32,000 nt of DNA from Moraxella nasovis. GTDB lineage: Bacteria; Pseudomonadota; Gammaproteobacteria; Pseudomonadales; Moraxellaceae. Below the pieces are notes generated by a model. It was not told the origin of the DNA, made no database searches, and was given only the letters and a program-made list of their open reading frames with translations. Of the stretch, positions 1 to 7,279 are shown one piece after another. The first letter of the stretch is position 1, and each line of letters begins with the position of its first letter. Both the position numbers and the translations under genes were made by a program. The DNA is taken from NCBI RefSeq assembly GCF_022701215.1, contig NZ_CP089976.1, positions 720,001-752,000 of the forward strand. Direction: 5' to 3'.

Positions 1-91
1 GAGTGATCAGTTGGCTGACTTTATAGCAGTGTCCTTTTGGGTGAGTCATTTGTTCCCCATGATCAGCTTTCGTGTTGCATTCATCGCTCAT
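1..91 (-). CDS. Possible 5' end of an anti-sigma factor gene (partial, runs off the window start)
   Basis: The minus-strand frame is open from the ATG at 91..89 (alternative ATG at 49..47) to the window edge, reading MSDECNTKADHGEQMTHPKGHCYKVSQLIT... It starts about 50 nt downstream of the ECF sigma stop, the usual position for a cognate anti-sigma. Only about 30 codons are visible and no zinc-finger motif can be confirmed. Confidence 0.25.
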   Translation of the reverse strand, partial: MSDECNTKADHGEQMTHPKGHCYKVSQLIT

Positions 92-140
92 ATTTTATTC
101 CGTGCTAATGTTGTTGTAGCTAATGTTGTTATAAATACCA

Positions 141-746
141 TCATACATCAAACCAATGCGTCTGCAAGCATTGTTGTAGCCTTAGGCGAGTGCGGTGCAT
201 TGTGGTATAAAAGTTGGACGGACTGATTGCACACGTTTTACAAATCTCGTCTGCTTCAAAGCCGATACATTCTTTCATCAAAAAAATGCGTGCATACAAA
301 GGCGGTAAGTGCGACAAACACAGCTCCAACACCTGCCAAAATTCTGCCGATTCGCTGTCATCATCACATCGCCATGATGAAAGGTCCGCCACGTCCACAT
401 CGCCATGCCATGCTCCTTTTTGATTAAATAGCGTGGCAATCATCACCTGATCGCCATCATCGCTCATATCAGATAGGCTAAGCATCTGTTTTTGACCACG
501 AATCACATCAATGATTTTGTTTTTTAAGATGGCAAATACCCAAGTTTTGAAGGCGGATTTACCGACAAATTTATCTTGGTGCGATACTGCAAGAAGCCAA
601 GCGTCTTGTACCACATCTTCTGCCAAGGCGTGATTATTCAGCTGAGAGACGGCAAAACCTAATAGCATGGGGTATAAATCGTCTATCGCACCGTCATTGA
701 GCTCATCTTTGTGTGCATTCAATTCATCTTTTGGTGAATGTGTCAT
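141..746 (-). CDS. ECF-family (sigma-70 group 4) RNA polymerase sigma factor
   Basis: This 201-aa ORF has a region-2-like segment (EDVVQDAWLLAV...FKTWVFAILKNKIIDVIR) and a region-4-like helix-turn-helix (LPPLYARIFLMKECIGFEADEICKTCAISPSNFYTTMHRTRLRLQQCL). Its start overlaps the upstream DoxX gene by 23 nt. Confidence 0.85.
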   Translation of the reverse strand: MTHSPKDELNAHKDELNDGAIDDLYPMLLGFAVSQLNNHALAEDVVQDAWLLAVSHQDKFVGKSAFKTWVFAILKNKIIDVIRGQKQMLSLSDMSDDGDQVMIATLFNQKGAWHGDVDVADLSSWRCDDDSESAEFWQVLELCLSHLPPLYARIFLMKECIGFEADEICKTCAISPSNFYTTMHRTRLRLQQCLQTHWFDV

Positions 747-1443
747 GACTTGTCTTCATTTCGTGGTATGTGATGGTTTTGGGCTGTGTGTGTTTGTGCA
801 TCGCTTTGGCAAGCCAATAATCCACACTCAAAAATTTGCCTGCCCCAAAAAACAGCAACACCAAGAGCATTACAACATAAGTTGCCGCAAATTCAATGCC
901 GTTATTTAAGACGACAAAATTCCCTGTCTCGGTCAGCCAGTCCATGTTGCCATGCTGTTCTAAGATTTGTCTTGCCATGCCAAGCCGTTCGCCAACTTCT
1001 ACGCTATTTGCCAGACTCTGCTGGGCTAAGTCTATATTAAACCACGCAAAAAACTGTGCCGTACTGGTCGCAGGGTCGCTTGGGGCAATGGCAAACCACC
1101 CATGCTCCCAATGCACCTTAAATAGTGCCACAAGCATGGCGATGAGCATGGGAATGCTAAATAATCTGGTCGCAATCCCAAACAAGATTGCCACACCGCC
1201 CACCAATTCAGCAAAAATCGCCAACGAAACCATCAAAGCTGGCATGGGTAGCCCAAGCCCCCAATCATCATTGCCAAACCACGCCACCATATCTGAAAAA
1301 TGTAGCCACTTATGTAGCCCTGCAATGATAAAAATAGGGGCAAGATACACCCTAATGGCAACTAATGGCACAAAGTCTAATTGGCTAATCGTGCGTGCTA
1401 GTCGGTTTTGGGTGCTACATAGCTTTGTCATCATACTCATCAA
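724..1443 (-). CDS. DoxX-family integral membrane protein (HvfX/BufD-like fourth gene of MNIO metallophore operons)
   Basis: This 239-aa ORF is strongly hydrophobic with several predicted TM helices (LAPIFIIAGLHKW..., LMVSLAIFAELVGGVAILFG..., LIAMLVALFKVHWEHGW). It overlaps both neighbours, by up to 29 nt upstream and 23 nt downstream. The exact start is ambiguous among Met codons at 1443, 1440, 1434 and 1431. Confidence 0.75.
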   Translation of the reverse strand: MMSMMTKLCSTQNRLARTISQLDFVPLVAIRVYLAPIFIIAGLHKWLHFSDMVAWFGNDDWGLGLPMPALMVSLAIFAELVGGVAILFGIATRLFSIPMLIAMLVALFKVHWEHGWFAIAPSDPATSTAQFFAWFNIDLAQQSLANSVEVGERLGMARQILEQHGNMDWLTETGNFVVLNNGIEFAATYVVMLLVLLFFGAGKFLSVDYWLAKAMHKHTQPKTITYHEMKTSHDTFTKR

Positions 1444-2188
1444 TCAATATCTCTTCATTGGTTAAAAAATCTAGCAACTCTTCTGCAAATCCACGCATTT
1501 TTTCATCAAATACACTGCCCATGCCGATAAGAAAAGTCTCAAACAACGCAGACACACTCACAAAAGGTGTATCACGCTCCATCAAAAATTGTAATAATGT
1601 ATAAGTCAGTGCATTGATAGCCAAAGTATACACACCACCATCAGATTTTTGATACACCACCACAAAACTTAACTCACAGGCGATGTCTTCCACGTCATCT
1701 GCGATATTTGCGTGATGAACAGCAAACTCATAGTCCATGATGTGGGCGGTAGCGTTTAAGAAAATTTTGCGATTTTCTTGTTGTACTAGGCACTTTGGCA
1801 TAAGGCTTGGCAGTACTTCCACCAAAAGCTCCAAATGCTCATAATGAGCCAGCTCGCCAATCACGTTAGGCAGTGTGCCTTGTTTGCACTGGGTGTCCAA
1901 AAAGTGGGCAAAATCCCGATTGATGTCGGTAAAATAAGGACTGTGCAGAGCATAACTATCAAAAAACTGCTTACACAAGTCATCAAACTCATCGCCGAGT
2001 AGCCTGCGACAAATCGGAAAGCAGGCGTGAATAAAATTGGTTACACTATTAAAGGTCAAACTTTGATACAATTTGCCAACACGAGCTGGCACAAGCGTAT
2101 CATCGGACGCATCGTGTGTTTGCTGTCGCAAATAGCGACCAAATTGTGTATAAAACTGTGCCAATGGCGAATGGTCTAACGCAGTCAT
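1415..2188 (-). CDS. DUF2063-family partner protein of the MNIO enzyme (HvfC/BufC/MbnC-like role)
   Basis: This 257-aa ORF lies immediately downstream of the DUF692 gene. Its N-terminal part resembles the DUF2063 pattern (KLYQSLTFNSVTNFIHACFPICRRLLGDEFDDLCKQFF...DFAHFL). Operon context supports the call. Confidence 0.7.
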   Translation of the reverse strand: MTALDHSPLAQFYTQFGRYLRQQTHDASDDTLVPARVGKLYQSLTFNSVTNFIHACFPICRRLLGDEFDDLCKQFFDSYALHSPYFTDINRDFAHFLDTQCKQGTLPNVIGELAHYEHLELLVEVLPSLMPKCLVQQENRKIFLNATAHIMDYEFAVHHANIADDVEDIACELSFVVVYQKSDGGVYTLAINALTYTLLQFLMERDTPFVSVSALFETFLIGMGSVFDEKMRGFAEELLDFLTNEEILIDEYDDKAM

Positions 2189-2245
2189 GATTTTCGCTTC
2201 TTATTTTGCCTGTGTTCAATGTCAAGTCTTGTCATTCATCATTCA

Positions 2246-3229
2246 TTAAGCAGATAGCATGAGTGGCTCTTCGGTGTCGTGCTTTTTTTGATGGTATTGA
2301 CTGCTGTGATTTTGATATTGGCGAATGCGTGCCACTTCACCCATCAGCTCATCTAGTGCAGGGAAATTAAAATCTCTTTCTAGGCAAGTGGGCAGACTAC
2401 TGGCAGGTTTGCCTGTTTTTTGACCAATTAACTCATAAGCGTCCGCCAACAACGCCCACACTTCTTCAACCACTTGATTGCCGTGCGTGTCCACAATAAA
2501 GCCATCTTCTTCGGTAAAATGCCCTGCCATGTGTAAATAGCAAGTCCGCTCTAAGGGCAATGACCGCAAGTAGGCGTGGGGGTCAAAGCCAAAATTTTTG
2601 CTATTGACATAAATGTTGTTAATGTCTAAATGTAGCAAACAGTCGGCTTCTGCACACACCGCACTGATAAATTCGGCATCAGAGAGCGTGCTTTGTGTGG
2701 GGCGAAAATAATAAGAAGCGTTCTCAAAGCCAATTTTCTGACCCATGATGTCTTGTGCTTGCTTGATACGCCCAGCAACCCACTTGACCGCCTCTTCTGT
2801 ACAAGGAATGGGCAATAAGTCATATAAATGCCCCCAGTCATCACTACACCAAGACAAATGCTCGGTATATAAGGACATATCATGGCTTTTCATGAAACGT
2901 TTAATGTTGTTTAATAATTCAACGTCTAAGGACTGTATGCCACCAATAGATAAAGATAGCCCATGACACACAAAGTCAAAACGCTCGGTAAAGGCACGTA
3001 GCTGTTTATGATAAGCTCCGTCAATCGCCCCTTTGCCCGTCAGCCAGTTCTCAGGCGACACTTCAAAAAAATCAATGCCAAGTGGCTGTGCTTGATTAAG
3101 CTCGTCAATCAGCTCTCGGCGAAAGCCAAGTCCTGCACCTGTTGGTGCTTTGGGTGTTGGTAATTGAGTAGCAGGTGTTGTTTGGGCGGTTTTTGTTGGG
3201 ACATTGGATATATCGGATATCGTAGTCAT
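2246..3229 (-). CDS. DUF692 / MNIO (multinuclear non-heme iron oxidative) RiPP-modifying enzyme, HvfB/BufB/MbnB-like
   Basis: This 327-aa ORF shows hallmark TIM-barrel DUF692 segments (GLGFRRELIDEL, IDFFEVSPENW, SLYTEHLSW, LLHLDINNIYVN, HMAGH). A Shine-Dalgarno AAGGA sits 7 nt upstream of the ATG at 3229. Confidence 0.85.
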   Translation of the reverse strand: MTTISDISNVPTKTAQTTPATQLPTPKAPTGAGLGFRRELIDELNQAQPLGIDFFEVSPENWLTGKGAIDGAYHKQLRAFTERFDFVCHGLSLSIGGIQSLDVELLNNIKRFMKSHDMSLYTEHLSWCSDDWGHLYDLLPIPCTEEAVKWVAGRIKQAQDIMGQKIGFENASYYFRPTQSTLSDAEFISAVCAEADCLLHLDINNIYVNSKNFGFDPHAYLRSLPLERTCYLHMAGHFTEEDGFIVDTHGNQVVEEVWALLADAYELIGQKTGKPASSLPTCLERDFNFPALDELMGEVARIRQYQNHSSQYHQKKHDTEEPLMLSA

Positions 3230-3302
3230 TGTCTATCCTTACCATGCTTTTGTGGTATTCGTGGGTGTTACAGGCTTTGATGTAAGATTAGGTTTGCTAT
3301 CA

Positions 3303-3368
3303 GCTGTGTTAAACACAGCCGACAGCAAGGGTAGATTTGACCAAATCCTATGTATTCATAGAATTTGG
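3303..3368 (-). promoter_or_regulatory. Two stem-loops in the precursor-maturase intergenic spacer
   Basis: Hairpin 1 at 3341-3368 has an 11-bp stem (one G.U on the minus-strand transcript) and a 6-nt loop. Hairpin 2 at 3303-3319 is GCTGTGT-taa-ACACAGC with a perfect 7-bp stem. Neither is followed by a U tract. Confidence 0.35.
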
Positions 3369-3400
3369 CACTCAATCATGTAGGCATGATAGCATGATGA

Positions 3401-3709
3401 TTAGTTGCTACCACCACATTTAGCTTCACCGCATTTGGCATCGGCTTTTTTGCTTGTTGTGGCAGTTGCACCGCATTTAGCTTCGCCACATTTGGCGTTT
3501 GCTTTTTTGGTCGCTGTGCTTTTGGCAGCACCACAAGAAGCGTCAGCACATTTTTTGTTGTGTGTTTTTTTGCCGCCGCAGCTGGCGTTGGCACATTTTG
3601 AGTCTTTGGCGTTATTTGAGGTGCTTGTTGAGGTGAATGGATTAGCGTGAGCTGCTGATAATGCCAATAAAGATGAAGCGGTTAGTGCCACAACGGTAGA
3701 TTTTTTCAT
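3401..3709 (-). CDS. Secreted Cys-rich RiPP precursor of the HvfA/oxazolin (EGKCG-like repeat) type
   Basis: This 102-aa ORF has a Sec signal MKKSTVVALTASSLLALSAAHA|NPF. The Lys/Ala/Thr-rich core carries four CX4C doublets: KCANASCG, KCADASCG, KCGEAKCG and KCGEAKCG. A Shine-Dalgarno AAGGAA sits 5 nt upstream. It is the first gene of the DUF692 operon. Confidence 0.8.
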   Translation of the reverse strand: MKKSTVVALTASSLLALSAAHANPFTSTSTSNNAKDSKCANASCGGKKTHNKKCADASCGAAKSTATKKANAKCGEAKCGATATTSKKADAKCGEAKCGGSN

Positions 3710-3935
3710 AACATTTCCTTAAAGATGGATTGGGATAAAATTGGGCATAGCATGACATCATCACATGCCCCACAGCCATGATATTAGTAGCTGCTTAATG
3801 AATTAGACGAATCAGGTAGGGGTTTTCTTACACCACCCACAAAAAAAAATTAAAAATCAGTTAAATTTTTTATAACTCTATGATTTTAATTAATTTATAT
3901 CAATCCGCTTTATTTTATTTTTAACCACACTTTCA

Positions 3936-3963
3936 TAAAAAAGGATGCTTTCACACCCTTTTT
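3936..3963 (-). terminator. Rho-independent terminator downstream of msrAB
   Basis: The minus-strand transcript reads AAGGGUG-ugaaag-CAUCCUU followed by a U run. The stem is 7 bp with one G.U pair. It lies about 105 nt after the msrAB stop. Confidence 0.5.
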
Positions 3964-4065
3964 ACTCATGTCGTTATATAACGATTTAAAATAACACTAA
4001 GCAAAATACCCAACATGCATCGCCTATCAGGACGTCTGGGCACAGTGTCATTATAATTTTATTAC

Positions 4066-5703
4066 TTATAACAGCGACTTCACCGCTCCATAACCCTTAG
4101 CGTCCAATTCATCAAAAGGCACGAACAACAAAGCATCACCATTGATACAATACCTAAGTCCGCCTTTGTCTTTGGGACCATCTTCAAACACATGACCCAA
4201 ATGACTGTCTGCCACACGAGACCGCACTTCTGTGCGTTTCATATAAAAGCTGTTGTCCTCATGTCTAGTAATCACCGCAGGATCAATCGGCTTGGTAAAA
4301 GATGGCCAACCACAGCCAGAATTGTATTTATCACTGGATAAAAAAAGCGGCTCGCCACTGACGATATCCACATATAGCCCTTTTTCAAACAAATGATCAT
4401 AAGCATGGCTAAACGCCCGTTCCGTGCCTGCGTTTTGTGTGATGTTGTATTGAGCATGCGTCAGCTTATCTTTGAGCGTGGCTTTGTCAAAATTTTGGTA
4501 GCGTTTTGGGTTTAGGGCATCAGCCAACGTGGTTGCAGGTGATAGATGGGTGGACTGGGTTTTATTTTCTAGGGGTACATACGCCTTGGATACATCAATG
4601 TGGCAATAGCCGTTTGGATTTTTGGTCAAATAATCTTGATGATAATCCTCAGCTTCATAAAAATGTGTCAATGCTTCGTTTTGTACAGCAATCGGCTGAT
4701 TAAATTTTTTGGATAAGTCATAAAGTGCGTTGGCAATCACCGCACGATCGCTTGCGTCTGTATAATAAACACCTGTGCGATATTGCACACCCCTATCATT
4801 GCCTTGCTTATTGACACTGATTGGGTCAATGACTCTAAAATAATAAGCCAGTATGTCCTCCAAGCTAAGCCTATCTGTATCAAAAGTTACTTTGACAGTC
4901 TCGGCATGACCTGAACCTGCAATCACCTCTTGATAGCTTGGATTGGCGGTATTGCCATTGGCATAACCTGAGACAGCGTCTACCACGCCATCAATTCGCT
5001 CAAAGTACGCCTCCAAACCCCAAAAACAACCCCCAGCCAAATAGATGGTTTTGGTGTGCATGGGCATACCGTCTGATTTATAGGCTTTTTGGGTATTTTT
5101 GGCAGTCAAATCTTGCATTTTTAGTTCGGCAAAATCACTGTCGCTACTATTTGCCAAAGCCATCGCTTGGGCGTGCGTCAGATTGCCCTTCACAACACGC
5201 ACCACATTGCCTGATTTATCCAAAATCACCCAACTTGGATAGACACTCACCCCAAAGGTTTTGGCAAGATTTTGGGTGCGGTCAGCAAGCACGGGCAGAT
5301 TTGGATAATCCACGCCCACCTTATCATACCACGCCACAAAATCATCATAAGATTGCTCACCCAAATAACCAGGTGTCGCCACACTCACCAAATTCACCCC
5401 ATCAAAAGCAGGGTTGCCACGATAGTCGTTGGTCTCTTGCAAGGTCGCCAAACACAAAGGACACCAACTCGCCCAAAACTTAATCAAAGTCGGCTTATTA
5501 GGGTCAATCATATCAGCACCCATCTTGCCAAGATGATGAGCAAGATTAGGCAGCCCCTTTAATTGGGTTAAAGTATCGCTTGGCAAAACGTGCATGGTAT
5601 CGTCCTGTGTGGTGTGGGCTTGGCTTGGTGTGTTGGTTTGGGCATGGCAAGCAACAACCAAACACATCGCTGTAATACAGCTCATTAAGGTTCTTTGTTT
5701 CAT
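4066..5703 (-). CDS. msrAB: Trifunctional thioredoxin-MsrA-MsrB peptide-methionine sulfoxide reductase (PilB-like), probable lipoprotein
   Basis: This 545-aa ORF has a signal peptide with lipobox-like LVVAC. It carries a Trx motif (WASWCPLC), an MsrA motif (GGCFWG) and MsrB motifs ([19 protein letters not shown]). Confidence 0.92.
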   Translation of the reverse strand: MKQRTLMSCITAMCLVVACHAQTNTPSQAHTTQDDTMHVLPSDTLTQLKGLPNLAHHLGKMGADMIDPNKPTLIKFWASWCPLCLATLQETNDYRGNPAFDGVNLVSVATPGYLGEQSYDDFVAWYDKVGVDYPNLPVLADRTQNLAKTFGVSVYPSWVILDKSGNVVRVVKGNLTHAQAMALANSSDSDFAELKMQDLTAKNTQKAYKSDGMPMHTKTIYLAGGCFWGLEAYFERIDGVVDAVSGYANGNTANPSYQEVIAGSGHAETVKVTFDTDRLSLEDILAYYFRVIDPISVNKQGNDRGVQYRTGVYYTDASDRAVIANALYDLSKKFNQPIAVQNEALTHFYEAEDYHQDYLTKNPNGYCHIDVSKAYVPLENKTQSTHLSPATTLADALNPKRYQNFDKATLKDKLTHAQYNITQNAGTERAFSHAYDHLFEKGLYVDIVSGEPLFLSSDKYNSGCGWPSFTKPIDPAVITRHEDNSFYMKRTEVRSRVADSHLGHVFEDGPKDKGGLRYCINGDALLFVPFDELDAKGYGAVKSLL

Positions 5704-5778
5704 AAAACATGTCGCAAAAATAGTATGGCAACAACCATCTCATCTACAAAAATGTAGATAAAATCAGCAAGTATACCA

Positions 5779-5787
5779 AGAATTATA
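5779..5787 (-). promoter_or_regulatory. Candidate extended -10 promoter (TGcTATAAT) for msrAB
   Basis: The minus strand reads ...gtgTGcTATAATtc... about 80 nt upstream of the msrAB ATG. There is no good -35 at 17-nt spacing. Confidence 0.3.
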
Positions 5788-6042
5788 GCACACTAAAAAA
5801 ATGACAAGTACATCAATCTTAACTTAATTTTGACTTTAAAAAAATCAATGATAGATTGAGCCTTCATGAAACAAACCCAACATAGGAACATGCAAAACAC
5901 ATGAATGCACACGTTGGGTTTTGCAAGTTCAATAAAACCGACAATAACCAACTCACCCACCTTTGCAATTTGAGAGTTTTTTTAAGTTGGGTATGGGATA
6001 ATATTGGAATAATATTTTGCAAAAAAAAATAATAAAAAACAC

Positions 6043-6071
6043 TTGTCAATGTACGTGAATGGTGCTAATTT
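6043..6071 (+). promoter_or_regulatory. Candidate sigma-70 promoter for amiE
   Basis: TTGTCA (6043-6048) and TAATTT (6066-6071) are separated by a 17-nt spacer, about 55 nt upstream of the amiE ATG. An AAGGAG ribosome-binding site lies at about 6112-6117. Confidence 0.3.
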
Positions 6072-6125
6072 AATGTTAAAGGAATGCCAATAATCAAAAC
6101 CTGTAAAAACAACAAGGAGTGAACA

Positions 6126-7166
6126 ATGCGTCATGGTGATATCAGTAGCAGCCCAAATACCGTTGGTGTTGCTGTCGTCAATTATAAAATCCCCCGCCTG
6201 CACACCAAGGCAGAAGTCTTGGAAGAATGCCATAAAATCAGTGAAATGATTAAGGGCATTAAGATGGGTTTGCCGGGTTTGGATTTGATTATCTTTCCAG
6301 AATACAGCACCCAAGGTATCATGTATGATGCCGATGAGATGATGGCAACCGCCGCAACCGTCCCTGGTGATGAGACGGCGATTTTTTCACAGGCGTGCCG
6401 TGATAATAACGTCTGGGGCGTGTTCTCCATCACAGGCGAACGCCACGAAGAACACCCCAAAAAATCACCATACAACACCCTAATTCTCATCAACGACCAA
6501 GGCGAGATTGTCCAAAAATACCGCAAAATCATTCCTTGGTGTCCCATAGAAGGCTGGTGTCCTGGCGATACCACTTATGTGAGCGAAGGTCCTAAGGGGA
6601 TTAAGCTGTCTTTGATTATCTGTGATGACGGCAACTATCCTGAGATTTGGCGAGATTGTGCGATGAAAGGGGCTGAACTTATCATTCGCTGTCAAGGCTA
6701 TATGTACCCTGCATTAGACCAACAAGTGATGATGTCGCAAACGATGGCATGGTGCAATAACTGCTATGTGGCAGTCGCCAATGGCACAGGATTTGATGGT
6801 GTGTATACCTACTTTGGTCATTCAGCACTGATTGGCTTTGATGGGCGAACACTAGGACGGTGTGGCACCGAAGAAAACGGCATTCAATACGCCCAATTAT
6901 CTTTGACCGAAATCCGTGATGCCAGAAAATACGACCAATCTCAAAACCATTTATTCAAATTGTTACATCGTGGTTATACAGCCACTCATAATGATGGCGA
7001 TGGCGATAAAGGCATTGCTGATTGTCCCTTTGAGTTTTATCGCACATGGGTATTGGACGCACAAAAAGCCCAAGAAAACGTAGAGCAATTCACTCGCACG
7101 ACCGTAGGCGTTGCCGAATGCCCTGTGGGTAACGTACCCCACGAAGGCAAAGAAAAACACGTCTAG
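6126..7166 (+). CDS. amiE: Aliphatic amidase (nitrilase superfamily)
   Basis: This 346-aa ORF matches, from memory, Pseudomonas aeruginosa AmiE nearly end to end ([23 protein letters not shown]..., [44 protein letters not shown]). Confidence 0.93.
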   Translation: MRHGDISSSPNTVGVAVVNYKIPRLHTKAEVLEECHKISEMIKGIKMGLPGLDLIIFPEYSTQGIMYDADEMMATAATVPGDETAIFSQACRDNNVWGVFSITGERHEEHPKKSPYNTLILINDQGEIVQKYRKIIPWCPIEGWCPGDTTYVSEGPKGIKLSLIICDDGNYPEIWRDCAMKGAELIIRCQGYMYPALDQQVMMSQTMAWCNNCYVAVANGTGFDGVYTYFGHSALIGFDGRTLGRCGTEENGIQYAQLSLTEIRDARKYDQSQNHLFKLLHRGYTATHNDGDGDKGIADCPFEFYRTWVLDAQKAQENVEQFTRTTVGVAECPVGNVPHEGKEKHV

Positions 7167-7182
7167 GCTTTTATCCATGTCA

Positions 7183-7217
7183 GGCTGTGCCGACCAATCC
7201 TTTTGGTTGGCACAGCC
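7183..7217 (+). promoter_or_regulatory. Strong stem-loop between amiE and amiB
   Basis: GGCTGTGCCGACCAA-tcctt-TTGGTTGGCACAGCC forms a 15-bp stem with one G.U pair and a 5-nt loop. It starts 17 nt after the amiE stop and has no U tract. Confidence 0.5.
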
Positions 7218-7279
7218 CACCATAAAGTCCTATCAAAAAAGCCCTATCAAACTACCCAAATACACCAAAAGGAACGTCC

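Noticed and set aside
11-427. Plus-strand ORFs of 66-71 aa lie at the window start.
   Set aside because: They overlap the ECF sigma gene and the probable anti-sigma gene in antisense, and nothing supports them.
896-1465. A 189-aa plus-strand ORF runs antisense to the DoxX gene.
   Set aside because: It is an antisense shadow of a hydrophobic membrane-protein gene, and the operon context favours the minus-strand gene.
3376-3650. Two extra ORFs overlap the precursor gene: 3405-3650 on the plus strand (81 aa with repeated PHLAS units) and 3376-3594 on the minus strand (72 aa).
   Set aside because: They are shadow frames created by the internally repetitive, codon-biased precursor sequence. They have no ribosome-binding site, and the PHLAS periodicity simply mirrors the KCGEAKCG repeats on the other strand.
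3804-3827. A possible ECF-type promoter (GAAAAC ... CGTCTA on the minus strand) upstream of the precursor gene. A similar GAAC ... CGT lies at about 5903-5930 upstream of msrAB.
   Set aside because: The spacing between the AAC and CGT elements is only 12-13 nt, against the usual 16-17 nt. The two sites align poorly with each other. I kept this only as a hypothesis to test, not as a feature.
4938-5562. Plus-strand ORFs of 181 and 96 aa lie inside msrAB.
   Set aside because: They are antisense to a well-supported gene. Their His/Pro/Gln/Asn-rich low-complexity translations have no start context.
5982-6314. A 110-aa minus-strand ORF overlaps the amiE start and promoter region.
   Set aside because: It overlaps the highly conserved amiE N-terminus in antisense. 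It has no ribosome-binding site and its sequence is not protein-like.
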